From Chthoniobacteraceae bacterium (GTDB lineage Bacteria; Verrucomicrobiota; Verrucomicrobiia; Chthoniobacterales; Chthoniobacteraceae): a stretch of DNA of 64,000 nt. A model generated the notes under the pieces. It worked only from the letters and a program-made list of their open reading frames with translations, made no database searches and had not been told where the DNA came from. The position numbers and the translations under genes were made by a program. The stretch lies in contig JANNWY010000212.1 in NCBI GenBank assembly GCA_031409335.1, positions 32,001-96,000 on the forward strand, given 5' to 3'. The first letter of the stretch is position 1; every line of letters starts with the position of its first letter. Positions 48,679-59,229 of the stretch are shown in pieces.

Positions 48679-49737
48679 TCAGTTTTGGGCGGTCAGCCGG
48701 CCAGCTCCGAGCAGCCGGAAGCTCACTGGAATCGCGAGTTTGTTTCTCCGGATGTCTTCCAGCGAAATGCCCAGAGCGAGACAGGCTGCGGGGGTGAGGT
48801 CGATTCCCGCAGGCACCAAATCGTTGACCGCCGGGGCCGAGGGGCCGTTGTCGATCAACTGGACCAGCACCGACCTTCCTTTGTAGGTGACCACGACCGG
48901 GGAAAACCAGGGCAGGCCCGAAATCCGCGCAAATGGAGAACCCAAGGTGGACCGGCGGGCACTGCTCACGGGTAACGCACAGCCCAGGATTCCGGGATTG
49001 TCCCGAGTGTGGCACCCGCTGGCGCACTTGCCATTGTCGTTGGGGTCGCGCACGCGCAGCTTCGGATCCCAGCCGAAGACCGTCGCGATCGCGTGGGGCA
49101 CGACGAGGTCGCTGCCCTCCCGATAGGTTCTCAGAAACCGCCATTCCGGCGCCGACGACAGCGGCGTTCCGCGAGAAGCGGTGGCTTGCGAATCCACACG
49201 GCCTGGTTTCCCCATTGACGGAAATCCCGCTGCGACGACCTCCTCAGCCAGAGCCAAGGGCCAGCGGTCATCCTTAAAAAAGGCGCTGTCCTGGGCCAAT
49301 CGGCGTTGCACTCTTGCGATGAACTCCCCGTGGAAGGCCGATCCCTGCTTTGCCAGTTCAGGATGGCGGAGCATCGCCTCAATTTGCGCCGGTTTGGAGG
49401 CGGCAAACAGTTCCCGCGGGGTGGCGGAACCGCTTCCTTCATTCGCGGAATCATACGGATTCAAGCCTGCCGCGGCGATCTCGTCCGCCAGTACCACCGG
49501 CCATTGGACGTTCTGAAACAAGGCGCTGTTCGCAACTCTGTACTGCCTGGCGCGCGCGAAAAATTCCCGATGGAAGGCCGACGCGGCGACTCCCAGAGCC
49601 GGATACCTTCTCACCGCCTCCGCCTGCGCAGCCGCACTGGCCGCGGGCAGTGGTGAGATGTCCCCGGCTTGGGCCGCAGCGATGGCGGTGGCGACGAGGG
49701 CGGCGGCGACGGAGCGGGCAAGGAGTTGGAGTTTCAT
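48679..49737 (-). CDS. secreted DPBB/RlpA-like domain protein with two N-terminal repeats of the same domain
   Basis: Signal peptide; ATVFG...GCALP...VVVTYKGRSVLVQLIDNGP...IDLTPAA...LG. Confidence 0.75.
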   Translation of the reverse strand: MKLQLLARSVAAALVATAIAAAQAGDISPLPAASAAAQAEAVRRYPALGVAASAFHREFFARARQYRVANSALFQNVQWPVVLADEIAAAGLNPYDSANEGSGSATPRELFAASKPAQIEAMLRHPELAKQGSAFHGEFIARVQRRLAQDSAFFKDDRWPLALAEEVVAAGFPSMGKPGRVDSQATASRGTPLSSAPEWRFLRTYREGSDLVVPHAIATVFGWDPKLRVRDPNDNGKCASGCHTRDNPGILGCALPVSSARRSTLGSPFARISGLPWFSPVVVTYKGRSVLVQLIDNGPSAPAVNDLVPAGIDLTPAACLALGISLEDIRRNKLAIPVSFRLLGAGRLTAQN

Positions 49738-49820
49738 GAGCGGGGTGGTGCTGCTCTGTCCTTGGGAAACTCCTGCCCGACGATTCGCGAAAAGTTCGCG
49801 AAACCAAAAAAAAACTGCCG

Positions 49821-51818
49821 CTACTTCGCTGGCGGTTCCGGCCCTGACCCGTTTTGTCGCGTCGCCGCCAACTGCGTGCGGACCGCATTCACCGCCGCGA
49901 CGTCCGCCGACTTGCCTGCGAGGCTCCCTGCCAAGGTGGCCAGCGCCGCGTCGTATTGATCGTAGATCGGCTTGAGCTGCGCCGCGCGCTGGGCTGCCGC
50001 TGCCTTCGCCCCCGCGCGATACCCGGCGCGCAACGTCGCCAGCGCCGCCACCATTCCCGCCGCATCCGCCTCTGGGATGGGCTGCCCGCTTTTCAGCAGC
50101 CGCATCTCTTCCTGGAGCGCGCCAAAACCCGCCTGATCACTCGCTCGTTGCGCCACCTCGCTCCCGCGCTGCACCGCCGCGAGATGCTTCGCCCGCACCG
50201 CCTGTATCGCCTGGACAAAAGAGGGTTCGATTTTGGCACAAGCGGCTTGGTGCCATGCTTCGAGTTGCGCGAGCTTCGCCTTCGTCTCCGCGCTCACCGG
50301 CGAGGCCAGCAGCTTCGGCTCCGCCCAGATCGAGTGATCGTCCGTCGTGTTTCCCGCATTGTCGGTTTTGAGGGTGATCATTTTCGTCCCCACCGGAAGC
50401 TCCGCCTCGATCTTCACTTCGTGGTTGGGATACGTGCCCAGATTCTCGCTGCGGAAAACTTCCCTCCCATCCGCCAGCACCTGATAGTTCCACGAAAAGT
50501 TGCGCCGACTGGCCTGTGTCGGCGCGATGCCGACCGCGGTGAACTTCGAGTACCCCGGCGGCACCTCGAAAGACACCTCGCTTGGCGCATGGGCGAAGAG
50601 AAAATGCTGGCACGTGTTTCCGCCGACGAGGATGCGTGCCCCGCGGTCTTCCGCCGCCTTGGCGTAGCGGTTCACGCGATACGATCCAAAGCCCACTCGT
50701 TGCGCCGTCGGGATGAGATCGTCCAAACGCAACTCCAACGGAAACGACGATCCGGCCACTGCCTTGGCACTCGAAAAGAGAACTTCCCACTCTAAAATGC
50801 CTGCCGATCTATCGCCGGTGAACTGTGCCGCGATTCTCAGCCCCATCGTTTTCACGGGCGTAAAGAGGGAGGTATTCCATTCGTTCAATGCCGGAGGGCC
50901 CGGCTGCGTATCCACCGGCATCCACGCCCCATCCTCCGCCAGATACAGCATCTTCCAATAGTGCGGCAGCTTCACTTGGCTATTATCTTGGTACCAATAC
51001 ACCGAGCTGCCCTCGACTGTCTGCGGGGTCGCGAATCGGTACTCCACCCACTCGAATGTTCCCTTGCGCGGACGCCACGTGAACCGCGGGATCAATGCAT
51101 CCTCCGAGGAGGAGGGTCGCTTCCCGTCGTTGAGCGCCGCCACGGTATCACTCACGCAGCAGTGCGACGCTGAGGGCGAGGCCGGGGTTGGCTTTCCGGT
51201 CGTGCCGGCTTTCGCCGGAGTCGAAGCCGTCGCGGCTGGGGCCATGGGCAAAGCGGGCGTTTTCGCGATGGCGGCGACGGGCGCGGCGGCTGGCGCGTTT
51301 TTCGGCGTGATCACGATTTTGCCGTTCGCGGTCGTGTATTGCGCACCAGCCGAATCGCAGATGCTTTTTAGAATTTCCGCTACCGTGGCTTGGTGCGGCC
51401 ACGAAGAGTACGACACGCGGACTTTGGAAAGGCTCCCCGTCGCATCTTGAATCTCGAACGGATTCGGCCAGCGCGAAGTTCGGTAGCGCACCACGAGGGA
51501 ATCCACGGCATCGACCAACTTGTAGTCCCTAAACCCACCCTCCACGGTGGCGGCCATCACCTGCTCAAGCAGATGCGCGGGCATTTTTTTCTCGATTTCC
51601 GCCTTCGCCGTTTGGGCTGCGGCATTCCCGCCGTCGATGCGGAGCGCGAGGTCGTAGCAATTCGCCGCCGCCACCAGGTCGCCGCGTTTCTCAGCGGCTG
51701 CGGCCCGGGCCAGAAAGGCCCTCGCCTGCTCCTGCGGCGTGAGCGCATGGCTGTGGGCGAGGGAAAGCAGGAGCAGCGCGGCGAAAAGGAGCGCACGTGG
51801 GATGGGGATTGTTTTCAT
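49821..51818 (-). CDS. secreted multidomain protein (TPR, discoidin/F5-8-like, NPCBM/NEW2-like)
   Basis: Signal peptide; TPR-like helices; LNDG...FTW.PRKGT.EWVEY.F...VYW; LFAHAPSEVSF...DHSIWAEPKL. Confidence 0.75.
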   Translation of the reverse strand: MKTIPIPRALLFAALLLLSLAHSHALTPQEQARAFLARAAAAEKRGDLVAAANCYDLALRIDGGNAAAQTAKAEIEKKMPAHLLEQVMAATVEGGFRDYKLVDAVDSLVVRYRTSRWPNPFEIQDATGSLSKVRVSYSSWPHQATVAEILKSICDSAGAQYTTANGKIVITPKNAPAAAPVAAIAKTPALPMAPAATASTPAKAGTTGKPTPASPSASHCCVSDTVAALNDGKRPSSSEDALIPRFTWRPRKGTFEWVEYRFATPQTVEGSSVYWYQDNSQVKLPHYWKMLYLAEDGAWMPVDTQPGPPALNEWNTSLFTPVKTMGLRIAAQFTGDRSAGILEWEVLFSSAKAVAGSSFPLELRLDDLIPTAQRVGFGSYRVNRYAKAAEDRGARILVGGNTCQHFLFAHAPSEVSFEVPPGYSKFTAVGIAPTQASRRNFSWNYQVLADGREVFRSENLGTYPNHEVKIEAELPVGTKMITLKTDNAGNTTDDHSIWAEPKLLASPVSAETKAKLAQLEAWHQAACAKIEPSFVQAIQAVRAKHLAAVQRGSEVAQRASDQAGFGALQEEMRLLKSGQPIPEADAAGMVAALATLRAGYRAGAKAAAAQRAAQLKPIYDQYDAALATLAGSLAGKSADVAAVNAVRTQLAATRQNGSGPEPPAK

Positions 51819-51837
51819 CGGTTGGCGTTCGGTGGCG

Positions 51838-54800
51838 TTATCGGTTGAGCCGTGCGTAACCCCATTTGGGAACGTCTTCGATCACGACGAGGCCGTGTTG
51901 AAAGGTGTGATTGGTTTTGAGGGTTGTGCCTCCGAAGCGCGCGATGCGCCGCTTTTCGTCGTCGCGAAAAATCCAGTCGCCTTTCGTATCGATCAAACCG
52001 CCGGACTCCTTTGTCCACACCGCGGCGACACCGGGAGCGATCCATGCGATGCGATCGAATTGTGGTGGCAGCGCCGTGGTGCCGTCCCGATGCAGCAGGC
52101 CGTATTTTTGCCGTGCATCGCGGGCGGTGATGAGACCGCCGCTGCGTGGGTCGGTCTCACGATCGCGCCACGGCTCCGCCCACACCGCCGCAGTCAACGG
52201 GCGGCCAGCCTCGTCGATGAGCAACCACGGCGCGCCCTTGCCGGCAGCCGCGTCCGCACGTCGCCATCCCCGCGTGGCGGTTGCTGCGACCGCATTGCCC
52301 CACGCGCGAGGCACCACGGCGGCACCCTCGCCTTTCCGCATCACGATCAGCGCGTCTTTCTCGACAAGCATCGCACCGACGGAGAAGTTCATCCACCGGT
52401 GCGCGGGATCGATCAACAAGGCACCGGTGCGATCGATCAGCGCGGCCTCAATGCCGATCGTCACCCGTGCGACATCCATCGACACCGGTGCACCATCGTC
52501 CGCGGGATCACCGTGCCATTCCCAAAAGTCGCGGGCCGAATCCCACACCGGCTCGATCGCCACCTTGCCCTGCGGGTCGAGGTAGCCCCATCGCCCGTCC
52601 TTTTGCACCGCCGCGAGGCCGCGGCTGAAATCCATCACTGCATCCCACACCTGCGGGACTGCGACCTTTCCATCCAACGCGATGAAGCCCCACTTCCCCT
52701 CGCGCTGCACCGCCGCGCGGCCTTCGAAAAAATCGTGCGTCGCCTGCCACTTGTCGGGCGAGATGGGCTTTACCTCAGTATCGACGACCACCCACCCATC
52801 CGGCTGGTGCAGCGCGGCGCGGCCCTCGACGAAACCCCAGCCATCCGGCTTTTCCTCCAGCGGCTGCGAGTGCTGGAAGTCGTGGCCATCGCGACCCATC
52901 AGCCGCCAGCGCGAGGTCGCCTTGTCGCGTATCCAGAGCAGGCCGTGGCTGGCCTGCTCCCAGTTCCAGCGCAGGGCGGCGGCCTCGGGAAAGCGCGTCT
53001 GCTTTCCGGTCGCCGACTCGATCAGGCTGAGGACGAAGCCGCCCTGCCCGTCCGGCTGTTTAATGACGACATGCGCCGGGCCGTAAAAATCCACGTAGGT
53101 CGCGTCGGGCAGCGTTTCGGGGATGGCCGGCTGCCCATTGATTTGCAAAATCTTTGTCGTCGCGCCGTCCTTCACGCGCACCCACGGCGAGAGGAAGCGT
53201 TTGCCGCCCCAGCCGAGGAGGATGGTCTTGCCGTCTTTGGCGAGCGTCGCCCACTCCACGAGCAGCACGTCCAGCGCATCCCACACCGGCGCGATGAGCA
53301 CCTTCCCCGTCCGATCGGCCAGCCCGATTTTCTCATCCTGGCGAAACCACACCCACTCGGGCGAAAGGATGTGCGCCTCATCCCAAGTCGGCTCGACCAG
53401 CGTCTTCCCGGTCGCGTCGATCACCCCATACTTCGGCGGCGTGGTGCGGGGAATAAAATCGTCGAGCACGGTCGATCCCGGTGCGACCGCATCGACGACT
53501 TTAGCGCCGCTGCCATCGAGAATCGCGGCGGCCCGTCCGCCGTCGTAGGAGTCCGTGCCTTGATAGCCAAACGGATGATTACCGTAGCCACCCGACAGCG
53601 GGTTCTCGGTGCGCAAACCCATGAGTCCCGGCTTGCCCTCCGGTGCCGCACTCTCCTCCCCTTTGAGATTGAGCCCCCTTCCTTGAACGACCCGATTCGT
53701 AGAATCCAATTGTTCAAGCTTCAGAAATCCATTCCGAAACTGAGGCGCTTCGTTAGCAACACCTCGCCAAAAAAGCTTCCACGTCTTGCCGCCAAATGCC
53801 GCTTTCCCGTTCTTCTCCACGAAGGAGGTCGTTAAGAATGCGTAAAGTCGTACAGGGTCAGAGGTAACTGCGGCTAAGCCTTCCGAGAAACCCCCGATCA
53901 TTGTCCAGGCAGGTTCCGCGATGTGCTCTCCATCCGGCCCGACCAATCCCCATTTGAAGCCTCGTCTGACGGACGCGACCCCATCCCGAAAATCCCGCAC
54001 CTCATCCCACTCGGGCTTCGCAACGACATTGCCGCTGCGATTGATGAAGCCCCAGAGGTTACCCCGCCGAACGGCGGCGAAACCGTCGCTAAAATCCCGC
54101 ACTTCATCCCACTCGTTCTTGATCACGATTTTCCCTGCCCGATCAATGAAGCCCCACTTCCTGCTTTTTGATAGGCAAGGAGCCAATCCCTCAGAAAATC
54201 GACGGATTGTCGTAAACTGATGAGGACGGACCACCCACTCGCCCTTGCGATCTGCCAAGCCCATGGTTTCTGCTTCCCGCAGGAGAACATGCACTAACTC
54301 ATTGGATTCCCATCGAAATTCGCCTGCCACCGTTCCTAACTTCTGTCCATTGGCACCGATCAACCGCGTCCTCTCGGGAGAGGAGCAGTAAAAGAAATCG
54401 TTCCGCATGATCGTAGACTTGCAACGCGACTCCGGGACTTCCTTGCCGTAAAGATCGAGCAACGCGCTATACCGTTCCTCCGGGCGGTCGCTTAGCCCGT
54501 AATACAGCCTCAGCAAGCCAAGATCGAATCGGCGGTCGGGCCTCCAGTTGATGCTGCAATTCGGTTCACAGAGCAATTGCCCGGCTGTATCGACAAGCCC
54601 CCAACCCGCGCCCCGCCGCACCATGCCGACTCCCTCCTTCGCAAAATTCACCGCCCCGTCCCACACCGGCTCTACGATCACTTTGCCGGCCTTGTCGATG
54701 AACCCGCGCTTTCCATCGCGCGTCACCACCGCGAAGCCTTCGGGCGAAAAGCGCCAGGCGTCGTCCCAGTCGCAGGGGATCGTCAGCTTTCCGCTGGCAT

Positions 54801-55677
54801 CCAGATAGCCCCACTTGCCGTCCTTTTGCACCGGGATGAAGCCGTTGATGAAGTGCTGCACGTCCTCCCACTCGGGCGCTGCCACCAACTTGCCGGCGCG
54901 GTCGAGCAGGCCCCACTTGCCGCCCTGGCTCACGCGCGCGGAGCCTTGCTCCCCGAAAGGCTCGATCGTGTCGAAAGTGGGCGGCTGCACGACCGCGCCC
55001 GCTTCGTCGATCACGCCCCACGCTTTCCCTGCGCGCACCCGCGCCAGTCCCCAGCGCGAGAAGGGCGTGACCTCATCGAACTGCGGCTGGATCGTCCACG
55101 ACCAGCCCTTGTTTTTCCAAGTCTCCGTGCGCGGCCAGCGGAGGAAAACCTGGCGCGGCGGTGAAGAAACCGCGTCATCGGCCTTCGTTGTCGTCACCGC
55201 GAGCACGTCCGGGCAATCGATGACTTTCGTCGCGAGATTGTCGCGCACCCAGACGGTCGAACCTTGTTGTGCAGGGTAGGTGTCGGTGAGCCAGCCGGTG
55301 AGTTCTTTCCGGCTTTTCTGCGCGGTCACGGCGATGTCGAGGATTTCCGCACCGGTGCGCTCGGCGAGTTCGCGTGCCTCGCCGAGGGTGAGTTTTTTCC
55401 GGCTCAGGCCGATGAACCCCGAGGCGTAAGGATCAATTTGCCCGATCTCTTTGATGAGCAGATCCTTGGTGGTCGCGCCGCTGGCGACGAGGCTGGTGAA
55501 GTAGGTGTTGTTGAACGTGCGCTTGCGGTCGAGCTCGCGCTTTTTGATGACATCGCCGATCTGCCGCCAGGCAATGAAGACGGCGAGCCCTCCGAGCAGC
55601 AGCAGCGCGACGGTGCCGAGGATGCGCAGGTTGCGATTGAGGCCGAGGTAGGCGGTGAGCAGTCGATTCGGTTTCAT
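51838..55677 (-). CDS. membrane-anchored WG-repeat (KWG) protein with N-terminal lectin-like module
   Basis: TM helix; many F.EG.A.V...GKWG(F/Y)ID..G......P.WD repeats. Confidence 0.9.
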   Translation of the reverse strand: MKPNRLLTAYLGLNRNLRILGTVALLLLGGLAVFIAWRQIGDVIKKRELDRKRTFNNTYFTSLVASGATTKDLLIKEIGQIDPYASGFIGLSRKKLTLGEARELAERTGAEILDIAVTAQKSRKELTGWLTDTYPAQQGSTVWVRDNLATKVIDCPDVLAVTTTKADDAVSSPPRQVFLRWPRTETWKNKGWSWTIQPQFDEVTPFSRWGLARVRAGKAWGVIDEAGAVVQPPTFDTIEPFGEQGSARVSQGGKWGLLDRAGKLVAAPEWEDVQHFINGFIPVQKDGKWGYLDASGKLTIPCDWDDAWRFSPEGFAVVTRDGKRGFIDKAGKVIVEPVWDGAVNFAKEGVGMVRRGAGWGLVDTAGQLLCEPNCSINWRPDRRFDLGLLRLYYGLSDRPEERYSALLDLYGKEVPESRCKSTIMRNDFFYCSSPERTRLIGANGQKLGTVAGEFRWESNELVHVLLREAETMGLADRKGEWVVRPHQFTTIRRFSEGLAPCLSKSRKWGFIDRAGKIVIKNEWDEVRDFSDGFAAVRRGNLWGFINRSGNVVAKPEWDEVRDFRDGVASVRRGFKWGLVGPDGEHIAEPAWTMIGGFSEGLAAVTSDPVRLYAFLTTSFVEKNGKAAFGGKTWKLFWRGVANEAPQFRNGFLKLEQLDSTNRVVQGRGLNLKGEESAAPEGKPGLMGLRTENPLSGGYGNHPFGYQGTDSYDGGRAAAILDGSGAKVVDAVAPGSTVLDDFIPRTTPPKYGVIDATGKTLVEPTWDEAHILSPEWVWFRQDEKIGLADRTGKVLIAPVWDALDVLLVEWATLAKDGKTILLGWGGKRFLSPWVRVKDGATTKILQINGQPAIPETLPDATYVDFYGPAHVVIKQPDGQGGFVLSLIESATGKQTRFPEAAALRWNWEQASHGLLWIRDKATSRWRLMGRDGHDFQHSQPLEEKPDGWGFVEGRAALHQPDGWVVVDTEVKPISPDKWQATHDFFEGRAAVQREGKWGFIALDGKVAVPQVWDAVMDFSRGLAAVQKDGRWGYLDPQGKVAIEPVWDSARDFWEWHGDPADDGAPVSMDVARVTIGIEAALIDRTGALLIDPAHRWMNFSVGAMLVEKDALIVMRKGEGAAVVPRAWGNAVAATATRGWRRADAAAGKGAPWLLIDEAGRPLTAAVWAEPWRDRETDPRSGGLITARDARQKYGLLHRDGTTALPPQFDRIAWIAPGVAAVWTKESGGLIDTKGDWIFRDDEKRRIARFGGTTLKTNHTFQHGLVVIEDVPKWGYARLNR

Positions 55678-55714
55678 GGGATCAGGGCAGAGAGGTCAAC
55701 GGAACGCGAAGCGC

Positions 55715-55851
55715 GGTGGATGGCGCGCTCCGCCGCGCCATAAGAAAACAATCCGCCGCAGGCGCACTTTCGCTGTCCGGGCGTCCGGGAAAAAGTTGGC
55801 TCGCTGCACTCGATTGGCTTTGGCATGGCGCGGCGGAGCGCGCCATCCACC
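55715..55851. repeat. GTGG-type REP doublet (REPIN-like)
   Basis: Perfect 27-bp arms GGTGGATGGCGCGCTCCGCCGCGCCAT (55715-55741 / 55825-55851). Confidence 0.88.
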
Positions 55852-55864
55852 TTGGGTTGCGTGT

Positions 55865-57514
55865 TCATCGGGCGGGAGGGTTGGCGGCGGGGGCACGGTC
55901 GCCGGCGACGATCGTGGTCGGGTAGAGCTTCAGGACTTTCGTGGCCCAGCTCTGCTTGTCGAAAAGGCCGATGTTGCTGGTGAAAGTGTATTTGCCTGGC
56001 AGGCGCGGCGCATAGGCTATGAGATCGAAAGTGATCTCGCCTGCGCCGTTCACGCTCTCGTAGCCGGGGCGCGATTCGGTGTCGAAATGCCAGGTCGCTG
56101 CGTGGTTCGCGCTCAACTCCGCGAGGAATTCCGGCGGGAGAATGTTGGCGTCTTTCATCAGGAGATTCGACGCGAGTTTCGTGGGGTCCGGTGCTTTGTA
56201 GCGGGCGGTGACGTTGAGCGTGAACTTTTCGCCCGCTTTGGCCGGGATGGTGATTTCCTTCGCCAGCGAAAGCGTCGCGGGCGGGCGGACGGAGGTGATC
56301 TCGATCTCATAACGCGGGTCCCATCCCCAAATCATCGAAATCGGCTGCATCGTTGTGGCGACCGTTTCGCCTTTGGCCGCCTCCCTCATCTCGATCTTCA
56401 ACTCGTCGGCCTCAACTGCGTCGATGCACAGAAAACTGACCTCAGCGTCGCCCTTGCCTACTGGATACGTCCTGGTGTCTCGAGTGCGAGGATGGCCCAC
56501 CACTTCCCCGTCCTTTCGCGGTGTTGCCCAGAGGCGAACATCGCTTGGGCCGGGGTTATTGTATTCGACCACAGCTTTCAGCGTGTCACCGATTACCATA
56601 GAGGTCGCAGGCTTGGGTTCGACTGCTTTGATCCTTACCCAGGCGTGATCCTTGTCGTTCCGCAGCGGGTACCAGTTGAAAAGCGCGGTCCGCCGGCGGT
56701 CGAGCGTCGTCACGGGATTAACGTCCGGCCCGTCGAGCACGCGCGGCTCGCCGGCTTCCATCGCCCACGTCGTCGTGCCGAGCAGCTCGGGGTAGGCGGC
56801 GGCGACGGCCTCGATCACCGGCTGGCGCATGGCTACTCCCGGCGGTTCGATCGTGAGGACGTGGGAGCCGGTCTTCTTCGCGAGCGCCTGCGCCTGCACC
56901 CATGTGAGTTTTTCCCGGCTCACGCCGAGGAAAGTGACGCCCATCGGCTGGATGTTTGTCACTTGCTGCAGGTCGGCCGCCGTCGTCGCGCCGGACGCGA
57001 TCAACTCTTGGAAAAACTTGTTGTTGATCACTTCGATTCTCTCGTCGCGCTTAATGTTCAATGTCGTGGGGACTTTCCGTGTCGCGAGGAAAATGCCCAG
57101 TCCGCCGAGCAAAAGCAGCGCTGTCGCGCCGAGGATCACGAGGTTGCGATTCGACTGCCGGAGGCGGGTCGCCAGCACCGTGAAAACGCCCGGCTTTTCC
57201 GCCAGAGGAGCGGCGGGAACAGCCGGTGCGGCGGCGCGGCTGCCGGGAACGGGCACGGGGCTGCCGCAGGTGGGGCAGTCGAAATGCGAACTGTCCTGGA
57301 GCGAGCGCAGGGTTTCCAAGTCGATCTCGATCGCCACCGCGCAGGCGGGACATGGGATTTGGATGCCTTTGATCCCCGGCGCGGCAACTGGCGCTGGTAC
57401 TGGGACATTCCCTTTGCATGTCGGGCACTCGAACTCCGTCGCGCCGTCGAGGGCGGCGAGCGTTTCGGCGTCCAGTTCGAGGGCTTGGGTGCAATGCGGG
57501 CAGGTCGTTTCCAT
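55865..57514 (-). CDS. membrane protein with two Zn ribbons, TM, lectin-like module and Ig-like C-terminal domains
   Basis: CPHC...CPTC and CPAC...CPTC; TM ILGATALLLLGGLGIFLA; LTWVQAQALAKKTG. Confidence 0.8.
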   Translation of the reverse strand: METTCPHCTQALELDAETLAALDGATEFECPTCKGNVPVPAPVAAPGIKGIQIPCPACAVAIEIDLETLRSLQDSSHFDCPTCGSPVPVPGSRAAAPAVPAAPLAEKPGVFTVLATRLRQSNRNLVILGATALLLLGGLGIFLATRKVPTTLNIKRDERIEVINNKFFQELIASGATTAADLQQVTNIQPMGVTFLGVSREKLTWVQAQALAKKTGSHVLTIEPPGVAMRQPVIEAVAAAYPELLGTTTWAMEAGEPRVLDGPDVNPVTTLDRRRTALFNWYPLRNDKDHAWVRIKAVEPKPATSMVIGDTLKAVVEYNNPGPSDVRLWATPRKDGEVVGHPRTRDTRTYPVGKGDAEVSFLCIDAVEADELKIEMREAAKGETVATTMQPISMIWGWDPRYEIEITSVRPPATLSLAKEITIPAKAGEKFTLNVTARYKAPDPTKLASNLLMKDANILPPEFLAELSANHAATWHFDTESRPGYESVNGAGEITFDLIAYAPRLPGKYTFTSNIGLFDKQSWATKVLKLYPTTIVAGDRAPAANPPAR

Positions 57515-57516
57515 GG

Positions 57517-59229
57517 CTATTGAGGTGGAGTTTTGGGTGCGGAGATTTCCGGGGCAGGGAGCCATTGGACGATGGCTTTCCGCGGACGATCGGGGTCGGT
57601 CGCGGGCAGTAGTTTTCTTCCGTCAAACAGCAGACCTTCGCCTTTTCGACGAACCCACACGCCTTCCGCCAAATCGGCAGGGAACGTGGGAAGCAGCCAT
57701 TCGAGCAGCCGCTGCGGTGAGACGGTGTCATCCTGCTCGATGGCAAGGATGCTGCCGCCGGTGCGCGCGGCGAGATCGCCCGCTTGGGCGAAGGTGAAAG
57801 GCTCGCGGCTGATGCCGACGTAGCTGACGCCGAAGTGGTGGATTTCCGCGAAGGATTCCAACTCTCTGGCACCGGGACCAGTGGTGAAGAGTTGGGTAAC
57901 GTAGCTGTTGTTCGTCTCGGTGCTGGTGGTGGAGGTTTCCGAGTTGTGGGTGTCGCCTGTCTTGCGATGCGCGAGGATAAAAGCGAGGCCACCGATGGTC
58001 AGCAGCGCGACCAGCCCGAGGATGAGCGTGGTCGTGTTCAGCCCGCGCGTCGTCTCGAGAATCAGTTCCGTGGATTGCGCGTCGTACTGGAGCGTTGCCG
58101 GTTTTTCCTCCCGAATCGCGGGCGTTTGTCGGCGGCGCGCGAGCGGGCCGCCCGCGAGACTCGAGGGCAGCGGCTCGGGCTCGACGCCGGCGGGCAGCGG
58201 GCAGCCGCCGGAAGTGACTTTGATCCAATCCACGTCGAGCATGAATTCGGACGCCGACTGGTAACGCTCGGCGGGATTTTCCTGGAGCGCGCGGAGGACG
58301 ACTTCATCGAGCCGCGCGTCGATCTCGACCTTCTGGCTCGGCGGCGACCACGCTCCGTGCGGCAGGGTGCCGGTGAGGAATTCGTAGAGCATCACTCCGA
58401 GCGAATAAAGGTCCGCGCGGTGGTCCACCCGCCGACCATCGCGCTGCTCAGGAGCCATGTATTCGGGCGTGCCCACGGTGCCGCCGGGGCGGGTCAGCGT
58501 CGGGTTCATCCTTGGGCGCGATTTCGTGCCGACGATCCGCGCGAGACCGAAATCGGCGACCTTCGCCCGCCCGTCGCCGGTCACGAGGATGTTCGACGGT
58601 TTGATGTCGCGGTGAACGATGCCCGCGCCGTGCGCGTAGTGCAAAGCGGAGCAAACCTGCGAGATCAGTTCGAGCGCTCCGGCCAGGGTCAACTGCCCGT
58701 TTTCGCGCAGCGCACCGATGTGGGCGCCGTCCACCAGTTCCATGACGAAGTACACGTAACCCCCGGCGGTTTTTCCAAAGTCGTGGACCTTTGCGATGTG
58801 CGGATGATCGAGCGCGGCCATCGCCCGGGCCTCCTGCTCGAAGCGAGCGAGCGCATCGGGGTGGCCGCCATTTTCGACGGGCAGGATTTTGACGGCGATC
58901 TCACGGTGCAAGCGCGTGTCCAGCCCGTGATAAACCGCGCCCATTCCGCCGCGGCCGAGGAGCGCGGTGATCCGGTAGCGGCCCTCGAAAGAGCCATCGA
59001 GTTCCTCCGGCGCGGGCGCTTCCCATTCGCCGTCCGCCGGTTGCGGGGTCTCGAAGCCGCGCATCAGCAGATGGCCGGCCTCCAGTCCATCGAGAGAATC
59101 CGCGGCAGCCGGGACCGGGACGGGCTGCGAGCACGAGGGACACTCGAAATCGGCGCGGCCTTGCAGCGACGCCTTGGCCTCCGCGTCGATGGCGATCTTC
59201 TGGGCGCAATGTGGGCAACTCACTTTCAT
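57517..59229 (-). CDS. Zn-ribbon Ser/Thr protein kinase with TM and extracytoplasmic lectin-like module
   Basis: CPHC...CPSC; LGRGGMGAVY, AVK, HRDIKPSNIL, DFG, GTPEYMAPE, DLYSLG. Confidence 0.94.
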   Translation of the reverse strand: MKVSCPHCAQKIAIDAEAKASLQGRADFECPSCSQPVPVPAAADSLDGLEAGHLLMRGFETPQPADGEWEAPAPEELDGSFEGRYRITALLGRGGMGAVYHGLDTRLHREIAVKILPVENGGHPDALARFEQEARAMAALDHPHIAKVHDFGKTAGGYVYFVMELVDGAHIGALRENGQLTLAGALELISQVCSALHYAHGAGIVHRDIKPSNILVTGDGRAKVADFGLARIVGTKSRPRMNPTLTRPGGTVGTPEYMAPEQRDGRRVDHRADLYSLGVMLYEFLTGTLPHGAWSPPSQKVEIDARLDEVVLRALQENPAERYQSASEFMLDVDWIKVTSGGCPLPAGVEPEPLPSSLAGGPLARRRQTPAIREEKPATLQYDAQSTELILETTRGLNTTTLILGLVALLTIGGLAFILAHRKTGDTHNSETSTTSTETNNSYVTQLFTTGPGARELESFAEIHHFGVSYVGISREPFTFAQAGDLAARTGGSILAIEQDDTVSPQRLLEWLLPTFPADLAEGVWVRRKGEGLLFDGRKLLPATDPDRPRKAIVQWLPAPEISAPKTPPQ

